A DNA stretch of 63,655 bases, counting the filler, from Collodictyon triciliatum (Eukaryota): the NCBI GenBank assembly GCA_043381765.1. It is 6 parts of 6 records of this genome, joined end to end, with 100 filler letters (N's around TTAATTAATTAA, not from the genome) between each part and the next. Parts side by side here need not be neighbours in the genome. Positions count along the whole stretch, not along the records: positions 30,193 to 42,678 come from JBHJMP010002156.1; positions 42,779 to 55,266 come from JBHJMP010002157.1; 4 more parts are not named here. One strand, 5' to 3'. Position 1 is the first letter of the stretch; every line of letters starts with the position of its first letter. Position numbers and translations under genes: made by a program. The notes beneath the pieces are model-generated. The model had not been told where the DNA came from. It saw nothing but the letters and a program-made list of their open reading frames with translations, and did not search any database. Positions 36,001 through 48,400 of this stretch are shown here, one piece after another.

Positions 36001-36812
36001 GATTAATTGATAAATAATATAACTTCTTTTTATTTTATTTATAATTAGGTGTGATATAATTTTTGATATTAAAATGCATGTCATTAATTGAGTAAGTGTT
36101 TCAGTGAAATCGTTGGACACTGTGGTTAATATGAATTATTTTGACTGGTAACTTAGATAAACTAAAATTATTTGTTTCAAATTGAAACAATTCGTTATCT
36201 CATCAATTAAGCTCTAATTCAAAGTATTTACTGAGACTAATTTACACGTATTTATTCATTATAAGGTTTATTTGTATGAAGTTTATTTTTTTATTTTTTC
36301 GTACGACATACATTGCTTTACTTTAGTGTAAAAACAAAATTTATCCAGTATTAATTTTTCTTTAATAAATAGCATTCAAATATCGAAATCTACACACTTG
36401 ATTAAAAAATTTACTCAGTTGAAAATAATATCATTGGATGATTGAATTTTTAAAAGTCTATGCTAAAAATATATCAATAAAAGATAATATCATCAATTTA
36501 TTATGAATGAAGACTATGTTGCCCCTTTTAAATGCAAATTCATGAATAAATTTGAGACAGCCGTTAAAATATCAACTAAATAGTAGAAGTATATTTATAC
36601 TATCAATATTTTTATCTTCAGTTTGTGGAATGAATTCATATAACACTTATCAATTATGTAATGCGGTTAGTTTGTATCTATGTATGTCTAAATCAATCTA
36701 TTGAAATCAATTGAAATCGTTCAATGATAGACAACTTAATAATATATTGAGCATAAGATTATATCACTAGAATTGAATTACAACCTTTAAACGCAAATCA
36801 AATTAATTTAGA

Positions 36813-39800
36813 ATGAAATTCAATTCAAAGTCCTTTGCAGCTGTGTTGCTGTCGGGTACGTTGTTAATTGAAAAAAATATTATTATATTATTTTCACTAT
36901 TGACTGCAAAATGCAAAGAATAATAATTAACAAGTTTTTTTTTAGGATTGATACTCCAATCCCAATTGTGCCAAGTTAAAGGGCAAGATGTCCAAGTTTA
37001 CACCATTGGTAGTCATAGCAATAATGTTAACAGTGTTGCTGTTACTCCTGATGGCTCAAAAATTGTTTCTGGAAGCAGTGATTGGTCAGTCAAAATTTGG
37101 AATCTTTCTGATGGAACTTTGATTCGCACATTGACTGGTCATAGTGGTGATGTTTACAGTGTTGCTGTTACTCCTGATGGCTCAAAAATTGTATCTGGAA
37201 GTGATGATAATACAATCAAGATATGGAATCTTTCTGATGGAGCTTTGATTCGCACATTGACTGGTGGTGCTTACAGTGTTGCTGTCACTCCTGATGGCTC
37301 AAAAATTGTTTCTGGAGGTAGTGATTGGTCAGTCAAAATTTGGAATCTTTCTGATGGAACTTTGATTCGCACATTGACTGGTCATAATGGTGATGTTTAC
37401 AGTGTTGCTGTTACTCCTGATGGCTCAAAAATTGTTTCTGGAAGTAAGGATAATACAGTCAAAATTTGGAATCTTTCTGATGGAACTTTGATTCACACAT
37501 TGAATGGCCATGCTAATAGTGTTAGCAGTGTTGCTGTCACTCCTGATGGCTCAAAAATTGTTTCTGGAAGTCAGGATAATACAGTCAAAATTTGGAATCT
37601 TTCTGATGGAACTTTGATTCACACATTGATTGGTCATAGTAGTGATGTTTACAGTGTTGCTGTTACTCCTGATGGCTCAAAAATTATATCCAGTAGTGCT
37701 GACAATACAATCAAAATTTGGAATCTTTCTGATGGAACTTTGATTCGCACATTGAATGGTCATACTAATACTGTTTTGAGTGTTGCTGTCACTCCTGATG
37801 GTTCAAAAATTGCTTCTGCAAGTGGTGATAATACGATCGATATTTGGAATCTATCTGATGGAGCTTTGATTCGAATATTGACTGGACATACTAGTGATGT
37901 TTTAAGTGTTGCTGTTACACCTGATGGTTCTATAGTTGTTTCTGGAAGCGGTGATTGGTCAGTCAAAATTTGGAATCTTTCTGATGGAGCTCTGATTCGC
38001 ACATTGACTGGTCATATTAGTGTTGTTTACAGTGTTGCTGTTACTCCGGATGGCTCAAAAATTGTTTCTGGAAGTGGTGATAATACAATCAAAATTTGGA
38101 ATCTTTCTGATGGAGCTTTGATTCGCACACTGACTGGTCATACCAGTGGTGTTAATAGTGTTGCTGTTACCTCTGATGGTTCAAAAATTGCTTCTGGAAG
38201 TTATGACGGAACAATCAAAATTTGGAATCTTTCTGATGGAGCTCTGATTCGCATATTGACTGGTCATACCACTTATGTTTACAGTGTTACTGTTACACCT
38301 GATGGCTCAAAAATTGTTTCTGGAGGTGGTGATAATACAATCAAAATTTGGAATCTTTCTGATGGAGCTTTGATTCGCACACTGAATGGTCATACCAATA
38401 CTGTTTGGAGTGTTGCTGTTACTCCTGATGGTTCAAAAATTGTTTCTGGAAGTTATGACGGAACAATCAAAATCTGGAATATTTCTGATGGAGCTTTAAT
38501 TCGCACGTTGAGTGGTCATACTACTTATGTTTACAGTGTTACTTTTACACCTGATGGCTCAAAAATTGTTTCAGGAGGTGGAAGTTATGATAATACAATA
38601 AAAATATGGAACCTTTCTGATGGAGCTTTAATTCGCACGTTGAATGGCCATACTACTTATGTTTACAGTGTTACTGTTACACCTGATGGCTCAAAAATTG
38701 TTTCTGGAGGTGGTGATAATACAATCAAAATTTGGAATCTTTCTGATGGAACTTTGATTCGCACATTGAGTGGTCATACGAATATTGTTATCAGTGTTGC
38801 TGTTACTCCTGATGGCTCAAAAATTGTATCTGGTAGTTACGATAGTACAATCAGAATTTGGAATCTTTCTGATGGAGCTTTCATTCTTATATTGACTGGC
38901 CATATCACTAGTGTTATCAGTGTTGCTGTCACTCCTGATGGCTCAAAAATTGTATCTGGTAGTTACGATAATACAGTCAAAATCTGGAATCTTTCTGATG
39001 GAACTTCGATTCGCACATTGACTGGTCATACTGGTTATGTTAATACTGTTACTGTCACTCCTGATGGCTCAAAAATTGTATCTGGAAGTTACGATAATAC
39101 AATCAGAATTTGGAACCTTTCTGATGGAACTTCGATTCACACATTGAATGGTCATACTGGTTATGTTTACAGTGTTGCTATTACTCCTGATGGCTCAAAA
39201 ATTGTTTCTGGGATCCGTGAAGAAATCAAAATATGGAATCTTTCTGATGGAGCTTTGATTCGCACATTGACTGGCCATATCAGTAGTGTTATCAGTGTTG
39301 CTGTCACTCCTGATGGCTCAAAAATTGTATCTGGAAGTGGTGACAAAACGGTCAAAATCTGGAATATTTCTGATGGAAATTTGATTCGCACATTGAATCG
39401 CCATACTGGTGATGTTTACAGTGTTGCTGTTATTCCTGATAGCTCAAAAATTGTATCTGGAAGTAGAGATAAAGCTATAAAAATTTGGAATATTTGTGGG
39501 TACGGATACTTCGATTGGCTCTCTAATAAATGCAAACCATGTCCAGAGGGGGCATACAACAACCCAAACGATCTAAATTCATGTTCTTTGTGTCCTTTTG
39601 GGACATATAACCCAAAAAATGGCTCTATTAGTGAATCTGACTGTCTAAATGCGATGCTGGTTCATTCAATCCTTTTTCAGGACAATCATTCTGTAGAAAA
39701 TGTGTACCTGGTACGTATAACCCGAGCAAGATGTCAAGTTCTCTTTATAATGCTTGTATTAAATGCTTCGCTGGTTCTTATGGCGATAAATTTGGTTTGG

Positions 39801-42328
39801 AATCGTGCAATTTATGTCCTTCAGGAACTTATGGAGTGGATTTGATGGCAACATCGAATTCTTCATGTATTCAATGTGAACCTGGTAGTTACAGTGGGGT
39901 TGAAGGTCAATCGAGATGCCAAGAAAGTAAACCTGGATTTTATGTGCCAGAGAAAGGGGCTTCTATTCCATTAACGTGTCAACAAGGAACCTACTCAAAT
40001 GCAACCAAAGCAACTTTTTGCGAGAAGTGTCCAGCCGGCTCTTACAATCCAAATGTTGCATCATCTAGTTTTAATAGTTGCTTGCCATGTCCATTAGGAA
40101 GATTTTCATCTAAATCAGGGGCATCAACGTGTGAACTTTGTTCAGCTGGTTCTTACAACTCATACCTTGGGCAGGCTAGATGCACAAATTGTACTGATGG
40201 AACATACAATCCTCAATTGGGATCTAGTTCAAATTCATCATGCATAAAATGTCCGGTGGGAACTCATGGTAATGGTGATAGATATGAGTGTTTATCATGT
40301 CCAGCTGGTTCATTCAATAATAAAACTGGCTCATATGGACTATCATCATGTATTTCGTGCCCAAAGGGAGGCTACAGCTCAGAAAGAAGCGCATCATGCA
40401 ACTTATGTCCCACTCGCTCAACAACAACCAAAGAAGCCTCTGATTCAATCAATAATTGCACGTGCTTATATTCTTACACATTATTCAATGGTGCTTGCAC
40501 ATGCCCTCCAGGGCAATTTGAGGATGGAAATAAATGTGTTCCTTGCAGATTAGGTTCATACAAATCAACATACGACACTAATTTCTGCCTCTCATGCGGA
40601 GATAAATTCACGACAGAAAATAATGGCTCGATTACTTCAACCGATTGTGTTTGTAGTACTGGATTTGAACTCAGAAACTCCACTTGCGAGTGCAAACCTG
40701 GATGGTATGAAAAGCAAAAGAACTGCTACGAATGTTCACCAAGCACATACAGTGAATATTTTGGACAAAGCTTTTGCGAAAAATGCCCAATAAATTCATA
40801 CACAGATAAGACAAGCTCAGTATCAATTGAAGAGTGCAAATGTCTTCCATCAACATATCTCGACAACAAGACTAAGCAATGCAAAGATTGTCCAATCGGT
40901 TTTATTTGTGATGGAAGCAGTCAGCCGAGTGTAGCACCTGGATATTGGCAAGCATCAACATCAAACGGAGAATACATTTCTTACAAATGTCTTAATGAAG
41001 ATGCTTGCAACGGAGGTAATAACACATGTGCTGAAGGATATACCGGAGCCTTATGCAGTGTTTGTGAAAAGGGGTTTGGTAAGACCGGTGTTTATTGCAC
41101 TAAATGCCCCAACCAAGGTACGAGTGGGTTTTTAGTATTCCTCAGTATTGTAATACCTTTGATGTTTATTTTGTTCATGATAGAGCAATCAAGACAACCT
41201 ACAACGGAAAACATACAGATACTAAAAACACTTGCATCCCATTTCCAAGTTTTATCATATCTGGCGAACTTTGATGTCGACTGGAGCTCCACTATAATCT
41301 CAATAATGAAAATTCCAGCACTATTTTCATTTTCGTTATCAATAGACACGTATCCAATGGAATGTAGTTTTGAAACGACAATTTATGATAAGGTGTTATA
41401 TTCAATGATGACCCCTTTGATGTTAATAGGACTTGTTTTCTTTATATTTACAGCCAAAATGACGTGGAAACTAAGAACCAATCAAATTAATTGCAGAGAT
41501 ATTACTTTAATCAAAATTAAGGAAGAGTTTATATTTTCCATGCTGGTTATGCTATTTTTTGTTCATTCCACGATTATGTCGTCAATATCAAACATCTTCC
41601 GTTGCGAGAAGTTTGGTGATGAAAGTTACTTGAAGGCTGACATGTCCATAACGTGTGATGATTCAATATACCTCGCTTGGAAAAACGTATCTCTTGTTTA
41701 TGTGATTCTGTATTGTTTTGGTGGCCCGTTTATTCTCGCTGCATACATGTTCTACAAAAGGTCATCACTGATTGATCCAGCGTCAAATACTTACCACTTA
41801 CTCCGATTTTTGGTTGATGGATATACTGAAGAATGCTTTTACTGGGAAATCGTGACTATGATGCAAAAGCTCCTTGTCGTTTTGATAACTATTTTCTTTT
41901 CTTCAGCCTTGCAAATTTACTTCGGACTATGGTTACTTTTAATGACGATTGCATCATCTCTGTATTTCAAGCCATTTATTTCTAACGTACTCAGGAAGTC
42001 ACAACTTTACTCAATTTCAGTCCTTTACTTTACCTTGATGACAAGCCTTCTATTTAGATATACAGACCTTAGTATATTTTCGGAATTTTTTCTTGTGGTA
42101 CTGGTTGTTTTGTTGAACGGAATTATTGCAGCTGTCTCTTTAATGAAAGCTGGGCCTGCTCTGCTGGTATCTTTGTTGGGAAAAATAGAAAGATTTGCCC
42201 ACATTATTTACAAATTTGTGGTAGAATCATCCTTCATTACTTACGTGAAAAATAAATGGAAATTAATGAAAAATAGGAACAAAAATGAAGAATTATTCCG
42301 GTTACGTACTCACATCAACTTAAAATAA
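36813..42328 (+). CDS. Predicted surface receptor of about 1800 aa: signal peptide, 20 WD40 repeats, Cys-rich ephrin-receptor-like/GCC repeats and a multipass TM domain; 1-nt frameshift at about 39647-39649
   Basis: Exon 1 (36813-36855, MKFNSKSFAAVLLSG) and a GT-AG intron (36856-36945) join in frame to ORF 36948. ORFs 36948-39845 and 39731-42328 fuse if one A is added to CTAAATGC, giving DCLKCDAGSFNP. The stalk has CPxGxY repeats and CAEGYTGALCSVC. The membrane domain has about 9-10 hydrophobic segments with HFQV, YLKADMSITC and FYWEIVTMMQK. Confidence 0.88.
37002..39494 (+). repeat. Coding tandem array of 20 WD40 units of about 126 bp with high nucleotide identity
   Basis: Recurrent nucleotide strings such as GTTGCTGTYACTCCTGATGGCTCAAAAATTGT and TGGAATCTTTCTGATGGA occur in nearly every unit. 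Confidence 0.97.
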
Positions 42329-42341
42329 TCACTTCTAATTT

Positions 42342-42678
42342 CTCACTCACTCACTCACTCACTCTCTCACTCTCTCACTCACTCACTCACTCACTCACTC
42401 ACTCACTCACTCACTCACTCTCTCACTCACTCACTCACTCACTCACTCACTCACTCACTCACTCTCTCACTCACTCACTCACTCACTCACTCACTCACTC
42501 ACTCACTCACTCACTCACTCTCTCTCTCACTCTCTCACTCACTCACTCACTCACTCACTCACTCACTCACTCACTCACTCACTCACTCACTCACTCACTC
42601 ACTCACTCACTCTCTCTCTTTCTCACTCACTCACTCTCTCACCCTCGCTCTCTCACTCACTCACTCACTCACTCTCTC
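42342..42678. repeat. (TCAC)n/(TC)n microsatellite directly after the receptor stop codon
   Basis: Direct reading. Confidence 0.95.
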
Positions 42679-43694
42679 NNNNNNNNNNNNNNNNNNNNNN
42701 NNNNNNNNNNNNNNNNNNNNNNTTAATTAATTAANNNNNNNNNNNNNNNNNNNNNNNNNNNNNNNNNNNNNNNNNNNNCTGCAGCCACAGATTCAAAACA
42801 CATTTATTTTGTCGTCGCAACCTGGTGGCGTAGGGACAAGTTTGCTGGGTGCTGCTCCAAACCCATCCAGTGTATCCTCCAATTCTGCTGCTGAATCATC
42901 ATCGCATTCACAAGCATCACGGAAGTCCTTGGAGGCACACGTCTCGTCGATGGTGTTATGATGTCTATGGAAAGGTCAGTTTTTTCCTTTTTCCCTCTTT
43001 CATTTTCGCATCTCCATATTTAAGCAGAGATATGTCCTCTTATTGTATGATAATCTGAGTGGATTTTTCGACAACATTCACATCATGGTATAGCTGCTTC
43101 CTTGAAATACAGTGTTTTTATTTATTTACTTTTTTTTTCTTTTTCTGTTTTGCAATCAATCACAGAAACCGCGATGGGTGCTGGGAATCTCTCTTCCATA
43201 TCGCCCGCCTTTTATTCCCTTTCATACTTCTTTATGCTGTCGAAAGACACAACCATGTTTACAAAATTTGTTTGGTTTATTTCACCCCAACATCTCTCCA
43301 TCTTTGTTTGCTACCTTTGTTTTCTTTCCTTTCTGAACAGCAGACACACACTAATCGTACCTGATGTGATAAAAACTTTTTTTTAAAAAAAAAATTGTAT
43401 TAAAAAAGGAGACAGAAATGGAACAAAGCCGCCTCTACGATTTTAAATTCCCTTTCCTCGCCTGAATGCTTATCGGCGCATCACATGGGCTCAGGGAGGC
43501 GCTTCTGTGGTGGATTTCGTCTGCGCCGCTTCTGGCGATGACACCCAAACCAAAAATGCCTGTTCTGCCCTTCCGCAATATTTTACTGCACACGCTTCAC
43601 TATGCCTAATTTATACTCCACATATGGAGAAGGGAGGAATCGCTTATGCTCCTGAATCTTCATCCACAACGCACAAAGCGAGACGAAAGCCGCG

Positions 43695-44512
43695 TCAGGT
43701 TGCATGGTTCGGCTCTGCGTTGCGGTCGCTTCCGTGATGAGCCGCATTTTGAGAGTCGAGCAGGCCGTTTTCAAGCTCTTCCATCAACTGCTGCTCAAGC
43801 TCAGCCAATTCGCGGTCTCTTATCTGGAGCCGCTCAAGCTCCGTATCCCAGTCGTCCCAGCGAAAAGCTTTCGATGATGACTCATTGGGCCGAGGCATAT
43901 CGGCAGCGGACGACGGTCCGTCGAAGAAGTCCAGCGGGGGCTCGTCTTTGTCCAATGCGAAAGGGAGGATTGAAGAGGCGGCTTTTGGTCGGTGGGATGA
44001 GTCTGCCAGATCCGAGGAGTATGCTTGCGATTCGCTCACGTAGCTCTCGAAGTCGCTATCATAGTTTGGATCAGAGAACTCCTCGTCCTGTTCGTTGTGG
44101 TTTTCCTCTGCTTCCAACGGATCGGAGCTCGATCCTGCCTTCTGCAGTGCTGTGAGCTTGCGGAAAAATGCTCTGAAAACGCGGGAGCCGTCAACCTCGG
44201 TGATGAAGCTGTCTAGGGAATCCATCGATCGGCGTGCTTTCTTGGGTGTTTCCGCTTTTCTTTCTTTTCCTCTTTTTCGCCTTTTTCGACAAGAAACCAA
44301 GCGAACGGCCTCTTGAATAAGCAAACAGTTTGCCTGGTGGTGAATTTGTCCTGGGTGGATAGAACCACAGACGCCCCAGAATATACCTGTGCCAATAGCG
44401 AAATGATAGAATGTCAATTACTTTTGCATCGGTAGCCACCAGCTTTTCCATTCAGTTCGACATCAACCAGGCCCACCATTTTGAAATATGCATCCCGAAC
44501 AACTTCGCCCAT
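43695..44512 (-). CDS. Hypothetical protein with a basic NLS-like patch, an acidic region and a C-terminal coiled coil
   Basis: Long GC-rich ORF 43695-44417 (RKRRKRGKERK; DWDTELERLQIRDRELAELEQQLMEELE). A putative first exon MGEVVRDAYFKM starts at 44512. No family recognised. Confidence 0.45.
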
Positions 44513-45499
44513 TCTACCTTAACTCATGTTTTGTTAGCTCCTATGCAATCAAGAGTTGTTCGGTATGGTGCAGAATGGTTGTAGTCTCTCCATCTTGTAA
44601 ATGAGCATGGATTAGTTTGGAATGTGGATTAGGTTGGCGTCAGTAACGCATCTGAAAGAGCAAACGTCTCTGGTCAAGGGCGGTACTGTGCGCGGCTCAC
44701 CGAAGTTATTATCCCCGTGCGCGGCTACAGGAAACGGTAAGTTACCAATTGTGACGGTTCGCTCCAATCTATTAAAAAAAAACTGTCGAAAATCCTTTGC
44801 CATCAGAAGAGCAACGCCGCCCGATATCATCACGCTGCGAGTCGAGGATGAAGCACAGCGCACACGCCAACTCCAAACTGAGATGACGCTTGAAACAGCA
44901 GGAACCGAGCACAGATGCCAAAATCAACCTATTACATGTGGAATTTACAGTATGATGCAGAAATGTATCTCGATTATCAAATTTTATTTTCATAGAAGCG
45001 TAATGTCAACATAATGTATACAATTACTTCTATAATTATACTTAATCTATCTTTCGCACCACCACAGCCCACAATCCTGAATCTGGAAAGAGTTCATTAG
45101 TTTTTTTCAAATTAATAAAATTCGGATTGGCAACAATGTGGTGTCGATACCGCTGTCAATCCAAGATTGCAGAATGATCTCCAAGCCCAAGTCCCTATAT
45201 TAACAGACACGGATCTGAACAGCCAACCGGTCGGCGCGCCAATGACTCTGTGTTACGAGATGCCTCTATTCTTTACGAGAGCACAGGCAACAATATGGCA
45301 TTCAAGATGCGTGACACACTCCGGTCACTGATCTGATCGATCTCGAAATTCAGCTTTGCGTGCCGAGTGGCCAAACAAGGAATCAGACCACAAGAGAGGC
45401 GATCACACAACACACCCTCTGTTTGCACGCCGATCACTCACTCGTCTCTGCCCATCAGGAACCCAGCCCCCAAGGCGGCCAGACAACCAAGCAGCAACA

Positions 45500-48400
45500 A
45501 TGAGCTCGTGGACACCCCAAGAGCAGCACCTGACCGACCTCCTCAATGTCCTGCGCCTGTCCGGCACAGCAGACAGCACCCTTCAGCGCCGCATCCTCCA
45601 GGTCAGTGAACATCTTATTTTACAAAAACCAAGACAAAAAACAAAAAAAGAAACAAAAAAAAAGAAACAAAAAAAAAGAAACAAAAAAAAAAGAAACAAA
45701 AAAAAAAGAAACAAAAAAAGAAACAAAAAAAAGAAACAAAAAAAGAAACAAAAAAAGAAACAAAAAAAGAAACAAAAAAAGAAACAAAAAAAGAAACAAA
45801 AAAGAAACAAAAAAAGAAACAAAAAAAGAAACAAAAAAAAAAAAAAAAAAAAAAAGAAACAAAAAAAGAAACAAAAAAAGAAACAAAAAAAAAAACAAAA
45901 AAAGAAACAAAAAAAGAAACAAAAAAAGAAACAAAAAAAGAAACAAAAAAAGAAACAAAAAAAGAAACAAAAAAAGAAACAAAAAAAGAAACAAAAAAAG
46001 AAACAAAAAGAAACAAAAAGAAACAAAAAAGAAACAAAAAAGAAACAAAAAAGAAACAAAAAAGAAACAAAAAAAAAGAAACAAAAAAAGAAACAAAAAA
46101 AGAAACAAAAAAAAAGAAACAAAAAAAAGAAACAAAAACAAAACAAAAACGAAACACAAATAAGAAAAACAAAAAAAAAATGCAGCACCTGGAGAGCCTC
46201 AACTCCGTCGCAGACTTCAACTGCTACCTGTGCTTCATCCTGTGCGACCTGGAGTCCGAGACGGAGCAGGTGCGGGCCACAGCCGGGCTGCACATGAAAA
46301 ACAACCTGCTGCGCTTCCCGCCGTCGTCGCCGGACATCGCCTTCTTCATCCAAGGCACGCTGCTGCGGCGCCTGCTGCAGAGCCCGCTGCCCAGCAAGAT
46401 CCTGCGCAGCACCGTCTCGACGTGCGTGGCCGCCCTTGCGCAGCTGCGCCCGCGGCTGTCCGACTGGCCCGACCTGATCCCCGGCCTGCTGACAGGCGCA
46501 GCCGCAGACCCCGCCCTGGGCGAGGCCGTCCCGCTCGGCGCCCTCGACACGCTCGACAAGATCTTTGAGGACGCCGCAGACCGCTTCGACGAGCAGCTGT
46601 GGATCAACCACGGCGAGCGCCTCCTCCACTGCATCCTCGCCGCCCTCCACCACCCCCTCCATGACGCCCGCGTCCTCGCCCTCTCCTGCTTCAACCACCT
46701 CATGGCCATGCAGGCCGGCCCGTTCCTCCAAGTCCTCCCCGTCTTTGTCCAGGTTGCCCTTCCTTCTTTCCTTCTTGCCTCAGCTCCTTTTCTCATTATG
46801 TTTTACCGTATCTAACAACGTGCACTGATCTCTGCTCGGATGGCCTTGTTCCCCAGGCTTTGTTCCAGCTTACCACCGACTCGTCTCCTGAGGTGTGCAA
46901 ACGCCTCTGCCATGCGTTTGTCAATGTGTGGGAGTGCCGTGCGGATATTCTGCTGCCCAGTCTGCCTCAGATCATCGAGTACATGTTGGTCTGCTGTCAG
47001 GTGTGTGTTTATCTTTTCTCGTTTCTTTGAATCGAATAAAGGAAAAAATATATCTTTTCTCGTGTTTGTCTTTCATTCTTGGTGTCTTGGCATGTGAAGA
47101 AAAGCACTCGTCCCTCTGTTCTGCATTCCTGTGTGTTTATCTCACTCACCAGATGACTCGAGATTGTGCCCATTGTAAGCTCCTCCCTTAAAAAAACGCA
47201 ACTTGCAAACATAATCTAGGTCGAAGACGAATCTGTTGCCTTGGAGGCGACAGAGTTTTGGCTTTCCATCTCAGAATCTCCCGAGGCACAACCGTATCTT
47301 AGAAATGTCCTCCCAAGGTAATAATCTCGATAGCACCCTACTACACGGAAGTATGATGCTACCACTTATCACTGAAATTCTATCCCAAAACCTAATATTC
47401 ACTTACGGAGAGCATATTGATATGCTTTCATACGCTATTGAATTTATACCACGCAACAAATGGATTCTTTTCCATATCTTTGTCCTCAACATATGAAACA
47501 CCGTACTTATTTCGTTTGCAAACGCTCTCACGCAGTCAAAGACCACAAAAAGAAAAAAAACGAAAGAAAGCGAAAGATATCCAATCCCTAATTTTCCCTG
47601 TTCTCTTAACCTTCCTCTAGGCTAATTCCAATCCTCATGAAGAATATGGTGTACTCTGAGCTGGACATAGCAATCCTCGACGATGAAGACGAGTTCAGCG
47701 GGTCCAAACCTGACCGCGCAGAGGATATTAATCCAACACACTTCCACCACGCCGCGCGATCCCAAGGAGTTGCGCCCGTGGCCAACGAGGAGGAAGACGG
47801 GGATGATGGTGATGAAGAGGAGGATGAGGATGAGGACGGTTACGAGTGGAATCTCCGCAAGTGCTCGGCGTCTGCTCTGGACACCCTTGCGTCCACATTT
47901 GAAAACGAGATCCTCGCAACTCTACTTCCTCTGCTTCAGGTATCATCATCAAGCCAGTCTTTAGTCCGTTTCATTTCACAAATCCCTCGCACTAAACAGG
48001 CCTCCTACTCCAAAAGACAATCAACTAGCTAACGCCCAAATGTTTAGATCTCCTTCGAATCGCAGAAATGGGAAGTTCGTGAGTGTGGCATCCTATCCTT
48101 AGGTGCTATCTCTGAGGGTTGTTTGTCTGGTATCGCCCCGCATCTGGGTCAGCTCTACCCTTTCCTTTTGACCAACCTGAAGCATGAGAAGGTATGTCTT
48201 ATCAACTATATCTATTTTTTTCTTCAGAAGCCTTTATGTGCTGACTTCCATCCTGTTGAATCACTCGCATAATCTAAATCGTAATGTGCCTCTTCGAATC
48301 ACGCTTGCCGATCATGATCAGAAGCTATAGTTCATGGTTCTACTTGCACGCTAAAATTGACATCTACGAACTCATTTCCCAAAAGGCTCTTGTAAGAAGC

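Noticed and set aside
37002-39494. CRISPR-like or DGR-like array
   Set aside because: The units are in-frame protein-coding repeats without unique spacers. There is no template repeat or adjacent RT, and variation is not obviously adenine-restricted.
39611-39617. Slippery heptamer C CCA AAA as a programmed -1 frameshift joining the two receptor ORFs
   Set aside because: The -1 frame hits TAG at 39629-39631 and further TGA codons before the true break point.
30193-42678. AT-rich contig as a contaminant or bacterial sequence
   Set aside because: It has a spliceosomal intron, microsatellites and the same LINE-tip stub (32245-32269) as the other contigs.
42785-42961. Ser-rich frame PQIQNTFILSSQPGG...SMVL* at the contig start
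   Set aside because: It could be a terminal exon, but it is short, low-complexity and has no recognisable homology.
45356-46731. Long poly-K and poly-F ORFs here, and similar low-complexity or X-filled ORFs elsewhere
   Set aside because: They are translations of microsatellites, homopolymers, N gaps or antisense GC-rich exons.
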